Both the position numbers and the translations under genes were made by a program. 64,000 nt of DNA from an uncultured delta proteobacterium (GTDB lineage Bacteria; Myxococcota_A; Polyangia; Polyangiales; B10-G4). Positions 52,961 through 64,000 of this stretch are shown one piece after another; within the stretch, counting starts at the first letter, position 1, and each line of letters opens with the position of its first letter. Location: NCBI GenBank assembly GCA_963727445.1, contig CAVSGI010000006.1, positions 608,001-672,000 on the forward strand, in the 5' to 3' direction. The notes beneath the pieces were generated by a model. The model was not told the DNA's origin. It did not search any database and saw only the letters and a program-made list of their open reading frames with translations.

Positions 52961-53323
52961 TCAGTTGTACTCGCGCTCTTCCCGCTCTTGGTCCTCTTTG
53001 CAGTTGATGCAGAGAGTCGTCTCGGGGCGGGCCTTGAGGCGCTTGACGCTGATCGGCTCTCCGCAATCCTCGCAGATACCGAACTCGCCTTCGTCGAGCT
53101 TCTTGAGCGCCTTGTCAATCTTCTTCAGGAACGTTCGGTCGCGTCCGCGGAGTCGGAAGGTGAAGGACTGGATGTACTCGCTCGAAGCGAGGTCGATCTC
53201 GTCGGGTAAATCCGAAGTGTCGAGCGTCATGTCCTTCTCACGACTCTCCTCTGCGCGCGAGATCACGTCCTGACGCTTGCTCTCGAGGATGCTGCGGAAC
53301 TCTGCGATGTCTGCTTTCTTCAT
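52961..53323 (-). CDS. dksA: DksA/TraR family zinc-finger protein
   Basis: PDEIDLAS; FGICEDCGEPI...RLKARPETTLCINCKE. Confidence 0.9.
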   Translation of the reverse strand: MKKADIAEFRSILESKRQDVISRAEESREKDMTLDTSDLPDEIDLASSEYIQSFTFRLRGRDRTFLKKIDKALKKLDEGEFGICEDCGEPISVKRLKARPETTLCINCKEDQEREEREYN

Positions 53324-53488
53324 GACGACTCGCCTCCGAAACGCTTACAGCGAGGATTCGATGCTAACCGAGTGCCGGGTCCAGTCAAGGACCGGCGTTC
53401 TACGTACGCACGACGTATGCGCCCGACGATCTTCGTCGGTGATTGTGCGCTCCTCGATTCCCGCTTGACACGAGACGCGGTGTTGGTC

Positions 53489-56287
<2,799 letters not shown>

Positions 56288-56291
<4 letters not shown>

Positions 56292-58182
56292 ACCGTCAAC
56301 CGCCGGTGATAGGTGAACCACTCGACGACCAGAATGGCGAGGGCGAAGAGCACGAGGTAGATCCAGAGCTCCTGGCGCACGCCGGCGCGGCCCGCCGTGG
56401 GCTCCTCGGCTCGCATGCCCGACACTTCGAGGACGTCCACTGGCTCGATGCGCGCCTCCTCGCCGGGGCCGAGGTTCGCGGCGAAGACGTCCTCGTGATC
56501 GCCGGCGCGCAGCGGTGTAGAAGCCGGCGCGGGTGCCCGCGTAGATGGCGCGGCCTTCGACGATGGGCACCTTCGCGCTCGCTCGCCGTCGGGGGCCACG
56601 ACGGTCGCGACTCGACTCGTCTGCGGGGACCGGGACGTGCCAGGTCTCGCCGGTCGCGGTAGCTGGAGACGTAGGCCGGTGTCCTCGCTGCACGAAGAAG
56701 TCGATGCAGTTGAGCAGCAGGAGCGGCCACGCGACGCGGAGCGGCAGGTCGCTCTGGCGGAGTCGAAGATGAAGCGACACGATGCGGTGGCCGTTGCGGG
56801 TGCCGGTGACGAGCAGCGGCGCTCCGTCGGAACCACCGATCACCCGGTCGCCCTCCTGGAGCTCGACCTCGAGCGCCTCGGCGATGTTCACGTCGCGGAG
56901 GGCGGTGAAGGCGCAGGAGCGGGTGGTTGCGCTCGAGGTGGTCGAAGAAGGGACTCTCGACGAGCCCCGTTCACCTCGAAGGGCTCGGTCCGCCCTTCGC
57001 CGACCAGGGGATAGAGATAGATGGCGTCGGCATCGGGCGGGCTCGCCGGCACGAAGGAGTCGAAGATCACCACGTCGTAGCGGCCGCTCGTCCGGGTACT
57101 CGCTGGGCGAGATCTCCGTCACGTCCAGGTACTCGTCGAGGAGCAGCGCGGCGGAGAGGTAGAGGTTGCCCGAGGTGACGGCGAGGACGCGGGCCCTGCG
57201 CCGCTCGGGCAGCCGTGCGTAGGCGTGGTCGTCGACGGGGAGGGCGTCGTGGGTTCCGTCGGCGAGGCTGAGCTGCGCTTCGAGGGTCTGGTCGGCGCCC
57301 GAGACGTTCTCGAAGAAGCGCCGCAGCCGCTCGCCGGGCCCGACGGTCAGTCGCTGAACGTCCAGCGGGCTCCCGTCCCCGAGGAGCGTCAGCTCCACCG
57401 CGTGCTCGTCCTCGGTGGGGTTGTAGAGCTCGACCAGGACCTCGCTCTGGCTCTTGTCGAGGGGGTAGCGGCGCACGGAAAAGGCGCTGATCGCGACGTT
57501 GCGCGAGGCCTCGCCGACCTTGGCGAAGGACAGGCGCACGCCGCTGTCCGAAAGCCGCTGCACCATCCCCGGCGCCGCTTCGACGCGCCCGTCGCTGATC
57601 ACCACCACCTCGGCCCCCGGCTCGTCGCGGAGCACGTCGAGGGCGAAGCGCAGCCCGCGCCGCCAGATCGGCCGAGACGTCCACCGCTTCGATCTCGTTC
57701 AGCGACTCTTCGAGGACGCGTTGGTCGGAGGACAGCGGGCTCACCGGCGTGGTGGTGGCGTCCATCTGCGCGACGATCATCCGGTCTGCGGGGCCCAGGC
57801 CCTCGATCAGCTCGCGGGCGCGCTCACGGGCGGCCTCGATGCGGCTGCCGGCTTCGGTATCGGTGGCCTGCATGGAGGCGCTGGCGTCGACGAGCAGCGC
57901 GATGGTGCGACCCGAGGCGGTGGCGCCTTCGTAGCGCGGGTCGCCGAGGGCGAAGGCGAGGCCGGCGACGATGGCGAGGGCGATCAGGAGCGAGAGGATC
58001 CGCTTGAGCTGCGAGAAGAGACGAGTCGTCTGCTTCTCGGCGAGCACGTGCTCCCAGAGCTTGACGAAGGGCACCGTGACCTGGCGCCTTCGGAGCTTGA
58101 GCAGGTACAGCACGACCACGGCGGCCGCGAAGCCGCCGAAGACCGTGAGCACCTGCGTCAGCGTGAGTCCGGTGAGCTCCAT
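56288..58182 (-). CDS. BatA N-terminal + VWA domain membrane protein (several indels)
   Basis: VVVLYLLKLRRR...LW, LVDASASM, VISDG; C-terminal ELW...LVVEWFTYHRR. Confidence 0.82.
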
Positions 58183-58240
58183 CTCAGTTCATCTGGGTCG
58201 GTCGACCGAGTACGGGGCGGGGTGGGCGGGGCGATCCAAT

Positions 58241-59186
58241 TCAAGCCACCATCATTCCGCGCCGCAGGATGCGGAGGATGGCCTCGTCGAAGGGGACCTG
58301 GGTCTCGAGCGCGAAGTAGGGCACCTGCTTGTCGCCGCAGAAGTCCTCGATCGCTTTCGGTACTCTGCGTGCGCGGCCGCGTAGCTTCTCGAGGACGCGC
58401 GCGTGATCGTCACCTCGCGGGCTTCGCCGGTCTCGTGGTCGACGAGACGCACGTCGCCGTGCAGCGGCGGGCGCACCTCCACCGGGTCGAAGACCTGCAG
58501 CACGTAGGGCTCGAACTTCGCGTAGCGAAGCGGTTGATGCCCTCCTTGAAGCCCTCGGGGTCGTAGAGGTCGCTGATCAGGATGGCGACGCCGCGCCGCT
58601 TGTTCTGCGCGACGAAGGTACGCATCGCGTCGGCGAGGCCGGTCTGTCCGTCGGCCTCGAGGGGCGCGAGGAAGCGGAAGACCTTGAAGATGCGGTTCTT
58701 GCCGCGCGTCGGCGCGAGGCGTCCGGCCATGCCGTCGTCGAAGGAAAGGACGCTCGACGCGGTCGAGGTTCGCGAGCGCGATGTAGGCGAGGGCGGCGGC
58801 GAGCGCTTGGCGTAGTCGAGCTTCGGCGGTGAGCCGAAGCTCATCGAACGCGAGCAGTCGACGAGGACGTAGACCGAGAGATCCTCCTCTTCCTCGTAGA
58901 GGCGCAGGAGCAGCCGGCCGTGGCGCTGGTAGACGTTCCAGTCGAGGTAGCGGAAGTCGTCGCCGGGCGCGTACTGGCGGTGGTCGGCGAACTCGATGCC
59001 GCTGCCCGTCTTCTTCGAGCGGCGCTCGGCGCGCGTGCGGCCCGCGTACGAGCTCGGCGCGAGACGATGGCGAGGTACTCGAGCCGGCGCTGGAACTCCT
59101 CGTCGAAGAGGTCGTCGCCCGCCTCGGCTCGCGGCGGCCGGGCTCTTGCTGCGCTCGCGCGACTTCAGCGAAGCCGAACACGGGCA

Positions 59187-59187
<1 letters not shown>
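58241..59187 (-). CDS. DUF58 domain protein (several indels)
   Basis: [40 protein letters not shown], read across frames. Confidence 0.8.
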
Positions 59188-60204
<1,017 letters not shown>

Positions 60205-60208
<4 letters not shown>

Positions 60209-62268
60209 TCGTCAGTCGCTCCGGCTCGCTGTCTGGTCTGCGTCGCGCCTTCGTCACCCTCCGTCCCGAGCGGGGCCGGATCAGCTGGAAGTAGCGGCGC
60301 ACGTAGAAGCGGTAGCCGGGCGGGACTTCGTCCTGCTCGAGCACCTCCTCGGCGTGGCCGGAGTAGTCGGTGTAGACGTCGCTGGTAGTCGCGCGCGGCG
60401 AAGCCGCGCTGCGCGGAGCCGAGGATCACCTCGCTGCGGCTCGGCCCCCGGCTGTTGCTCGCCTTCGACCCGCACGTCTGCGGTGGTCGCCGCCGAGGCG
60501 CGTCGGGTCGTCGAGCATCGTCGGGTCGTGGCCGACGCCGGCGCCCGGGCCCATGCTGCGCCTGCCCCGCGCCCTGCCGCCCTGGCCCTGGTCCCCTGGC
60601 CCATGCCGGGAGCTCCAGCATCGCTGCTGCCCTGGCCCTGGCCGCCGAGCTGCAGCACGCTGTTGTCCTGTGCCTTCGCCCTGACCCTTCTGCCCCTGGC
60701 CCTGTCCCTGGCCGCCGCCGGCCTGACCCTGCTGGCCCTGCCCTGCTGCCCTGTCCCTGGCCTTGGCCCTGCTGGCCCTGACCCTGGCCTTGCTGGCCTT
60801 GCCCCTGGCCCTGCTGTCCGGGCCCGACGATGGGCATCCCCTGTCCATCGCCCTGACCCTGCGCGCGCAGGACGAAGCGATCCATCCGTCCCTGACCCTG
60901 ACCCTGTCCCTGACCCTGACCCTGGCCGTTCTGCTGTTGTTGTTGCTGGCGCCGCAGCATCTCGCGCAGCTGTCGCAGCTGCTCGGTCATCTGCCGGAGT
61001 TGCTCCTCCGACATCTGCTGGCGCGCCATGCGGTTCAAGTCGTCAGCGCCGCGCTCCATCGCGTCCGCCGCATCCTGCTGGCCGCCATCGCGGTTGAGGT
61101 CCTCCGCCGACTGACCGAGCTCGCGCTGCAGGCGCTCGAGCTCGCGGCGCGCCTGCTCGTACTGCTCCTGCTGGCGACGTAGGCGCTCGAGCTCGCGGCG
61201 CTGGCGATTGAGCAGCCGTCGCTCGCGCTCGTTCAGCCCCTGCTTTTCGCGCTCGCGCTGGAGCAGGCGATTCATCTGCTCCTCGCGCTCCTGGATCTCC
61301 TGCTCGTGATTCTCCTGCTGCGCCTCGCTGGCTCGCTGAAGCGCGTCGCGAAGGCGCTGTAGCTCCGCGCGGTCCGGCGGGTTTTCGCGGAGCTGGGCCG
61401 CGAGCTCGCGGAGCGCCTGCTCGGCTGCGCCGGGGTCGGCGTCGCGGAGGGCTTCCGAGGCGGCGCGGGTCAGCTCCGAGCGGCGGAGCTCGTCGCCCAG
61501 CTGTCGAAGCGCGTCCTCGAGCGCCTGCGCATCGGCGCGCCGGCCCTGGGACATCCGACTCTCGAGCTCACGGATCCGCCGCAAGGCCTCGGTGCGATCG
61601 AGTCGGCGATCGGCGAGGTCTTCGACGAGCTGATTGAAGCGCCGGGCCGCGTCGCGGACCTCCTCGCTGCTCTCCGGGTCGCGCACCAGGTCGTCGAGGC
61701 CTTCCCCGAAGGCCGAGAGGTCGTCGGGGTGCATGAGCAGCGGCGTGAGCGAGTGGGCGGCGGCGACAGGGACGCGCTCCGGGACCTCGAGGGAAGCCAC
61801 CAGCGCCACCAACACACAGAGGCCGCTGGCCGGGACGAGGTGCGGCGGTTTGCGATAGGGGAAGGCCTTCTTCGGGGAGAGGTCGCTCGCGCTCCGGGCG
61901 GCGTCGTCGATGGCGGCGTTCTGGAACTCCGTGCGCGCGTCGCTCGGGATCTCTGCGAACTCGAGGGCGCTCGCGATGCGTGAGTGCAGGCCGTGGCTGC
62001 GATCGAGGAGCTGCGCGCCGACCAGGCGACGCAGGGGCAGGGCGGCGCCGAGCGCCGCGCCGAGGACCGGGACGAGGCCCGCGCCGACCAGGAACAGTCG
62101 GCCATCCGCCGCGGGGAGCAGCCCCGCCTTGATGGCGCCGAGCACCATCGCGCCGAGGGCGAGCCCCACCAGCGCGAAGAGGAGGCCAGCGTCGAGGGCC
62201 CGCTCGATCCGCACGCGGCGCCGCACCCGAGCGACCTGATCCCGGATCGGGCGGAGATCGCTGCTCAT
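60205..62268 (-). CDS. Membrane-anchored coiled-coil protein with Gln/Gly-rich region (MoxR operon partner; 3' end uncertain)
   Basis: N-terminal TMs, [13 protein letters not shown], long E/Q/R helices; C-terminal [14 protein letters not shown] in a shifted frame. Confidence 0.75.
60660..60950 (-). repeat. Low-complexity coding repeat (Gln-Gly)n
   Basis: Runs of CAG-GGC/GGT encoding QGQGQG. Confidence 0.85.
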
Positions 62269-62462
62269 GCGCCTCTCGGGCCAAAGCACTGGATGGGGAG
62301 ACTCATGCTCGTGAGTAGACGATGGGGGTCCTTCGAAGTTTCCGCAATCTATCGCCGGGGCGCGCGACCGACGTCTGAACAATTGTGGACCACTCGTCCT
62401 TCCAACGCCTTTGTCGGCCTCCGATTCGGCTAATTTGTGGGGCCCTCGGGTCTTCGGGGGGC

Positions 62463-63701
62463 TCAGAAGAGGCTTTCGGCTGCGCCGCGAGGGGCGCCGA
62501 AAGGGATCGCCAGCAGCTCCTGGCCCTTCGAAAAGCGGGCCTCGTCGCCCGGGAGGAGCACCAGCGCCTCGGCGTGGGCCACCGAAGGCAGGGCGCCCGA
62601 GCCCTGGTGGGTGGCGAGGGTGGCCCAGGTCCCTTCGGGGCTGAGGGTGAGTTGGGCGCGCGCCAGCTCCGGCCGGCCGGGCTTGTGCCGGTGGTCGTGC
62701 GCGAGACGGACCCGCAGGGGCGCAGGGTGTGGGGTCGGGTCACCGAGCATGCGACGCAGGCCGGGCAGGACGAAGACGGTGAAGGTCACCATGGCGCTGA
62801 CGGGGTTGCCCGGGAGGCCGACGAAAGGGGTCGTGCCGTGGCGCCCGAAGGTCAGGGGCTTGCCCGGTTTGATCCGTACCTTCCAGAAATCGGCGGCGAT
62901 TCCCACGCGCTCGAGCGCGTCCTTCACGTGGTCGTGATCGCCGACGGAGACGCCGCCGGTCGTGAGGACCAGGTCGGCCTCGAGGGCGAGCCTCAGGCGG
63001 GCCACCGTCGCTTCGAGGTCGTCGCCGACGCGGGGCAGCACCCAGGGCACGCCGCCCGCCTCGCGGATCTGCGCCGCGAGGGCGTAGCGATTGGAGTCGA
63101 CGATGGTGCCGGGGGTGGGGGGCGCTTCGAGGTCGCGGAGCTCGTCGCCCGTGCAGACGATGGCGACGCGTGGACGGCGGTGGACGAGGAGGGCGCCGAT
63201 GCCCTGGCTCGCGAGGAGGCCGATGGTGCCTGGCGTCACGCGATGGCCGGCGGTCAGAAGCACGTCCCCTGCACGGGTGTCCTCGCCCCGGGCGCGCACG
63301 TGATGGCCCGAGGGGGCGGGGAAGCGGAGGTGTACGCGCTCGCCGTCGCGTTCGGCGTCCTCCTGGACCACCACGGCGTCGGCGCCTTCGGGCAGCGGCG
63401 CGCCCGTGAAGATCCGCATCGCCTGGCCCGCTTCGAGACGCGCGATGGGTGGGCTGCCGGCCTTGGACTCGCCCACGACCGGGAGGGTCACGGGGTTGTC
63501 GGCGCTGGCGCTCTGGACGTCTTCGGCGCGAACGGCGTAGCCGTCCATCGCGCTGTTCGAAAAGGGCGGCGCGTCCTCACGCGCTTGGATGTCGCGCGCC
63601 ACGAAGCGGCCGGCCGCCTCTTGCAGCGGGACCTCCTCGGCCGAGAGCGGCGCGAAGGCGGCGAGGATGCGGTCCTGGGCTTGCCTGATCTCGAGCATCA
63701 T
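62463..63701 (-). CDS. moeA: Molybdopterin molybdotransferase MoeA
   Basis: PPFSNSAMDGYAVR, RIFTGAPLPEGADAVV, TGDEL, TTGGVSVGD, KPGKP, GLPGNPVS. Confidence 0.95.
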   Translation of the reverse strand: MMLEIRQAQDRILAAFAPLSAEEVPLQEAAGRFVARDIQAREDAPPFSNSAMDGYAVRAEDVQSASADNPVTLPVVGESKAGSPPIARLEAGQAMRIFTGAPLPEGADAVVVQEDAERDGERVHLRFPAPSGHHVRARGEDTRAGDVLLTAGHRVTPGTIGLLASQGIGALLVHRRPRVAIVCTGDELRDLEAPPTPGTIVDSNRYALAAQIREAGGVPWVLPRVGDDLEATVARLRLALEADLVLTTGGVSVGDHDHVKDALERVGIAADFWKVRIKPGKPLTFGRHGTTPFVGLPGNPVSAMVTFTVFVLPGLRRMLGDPTPHPAPLRVRLAHDHRHKPGRPELARAQLTLSPEGTWATLATHQGSGALPSVAHAEALVLLPGDEARFSKGQELLAIPFGAPRGAAESLF

Positions 63702-64000
63702 CCGCCGCTGACGGCTGCTTCGGCATCCGCCGAGGGCGGCGTCGCGTCGTCGAGGTCGTCGAGGTAGCCGTCCGGGAGCGAGACCTTCTGCGTGCCCGCG
63801 GTCTTGCCGCGCGGCACGCGCATCGCATCCGGGGAAATTCGAGCGCGCGATCGACATCGGCCAGCGCGGCCTTCACGTCGGCAGCGGTCTCCACCTTCAT
63901 CAGCTTCTGGCGGAGCGCGGCGCCCCCGCGGAAGCCCTTGGTGTACCAGGTCGCGTGGCGTCGGAAGCCGCGAATGCCCATGCGAGGGCCGAACCAATCC
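63698..64000 (-). CDS. dusB: tRNA dihydrouridine synthase, 3' part (indel near 63835)
   Basis: FRRHATWYTKGF.GG..LR and the tail PRGK..G.QKVSLPDGYLDD; only the C-terminus is visible. Confidence 0.6.
   Translation of the reverse strand, partial: GLVRPSHGHSRLPTPRDLVHQGLPRGRRAPPEADEGGDRCRREGRAGRCRSRARISPDAMRVPRGKTAGTQKVSLPDGYLDDLDDATPPSADAEAAVSGG

Overview
This is a high-GC (about 70% by eye) chromosomal segment. Its gene content points to a Myxococcota bacterium, probably Polyangiales/Sandaracinaceae-like: TIGR02266 PilZ-like protein, DUF1592/DUF1552 pair, many Cys-rich lipoproteins, FHA-GAF-cyclase. This taxonomy is an inference. The left part (1-35 kb) is accessory. It opens with a tightly coupled minus-strand operon encoding two paralogous cobalamin-dependent radical SAM enzymes, a PhyH-type Fe/2OG oxygenase with an atypical HxH motif, and a PhyH-amidohydrolase fusion. 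Three of these four enzymes share an unrecognised ~60-aa module. Secreted beta-helix, HhH and metalloprotease lipoproteins follow, then a HEAT-DUF4132-PARP-zinc-finger protein. The right part is mostly housekeeping: groESL with CIRCE, rpoZ, accA, cpoB-like, LysM, trkAH, a GAF histidine kinase, dps, a sigma factor, dksA, a MoxR/DUF58/VWA operon, moeA and dusB. The region downstream of groEL holds a diverged 56-bp copy of an internal groEL segment, a 25-bp perfect inverted repeat, and one of two copies of a ~105-nt structured repeat with compensatory base changes. Many conserved genes carry small indels that look like assembly or polishing errors, so frameshifted genes are given as whole spans with approximate boundaries. 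All family assignments come from motif recognition by eye; no searches were run.
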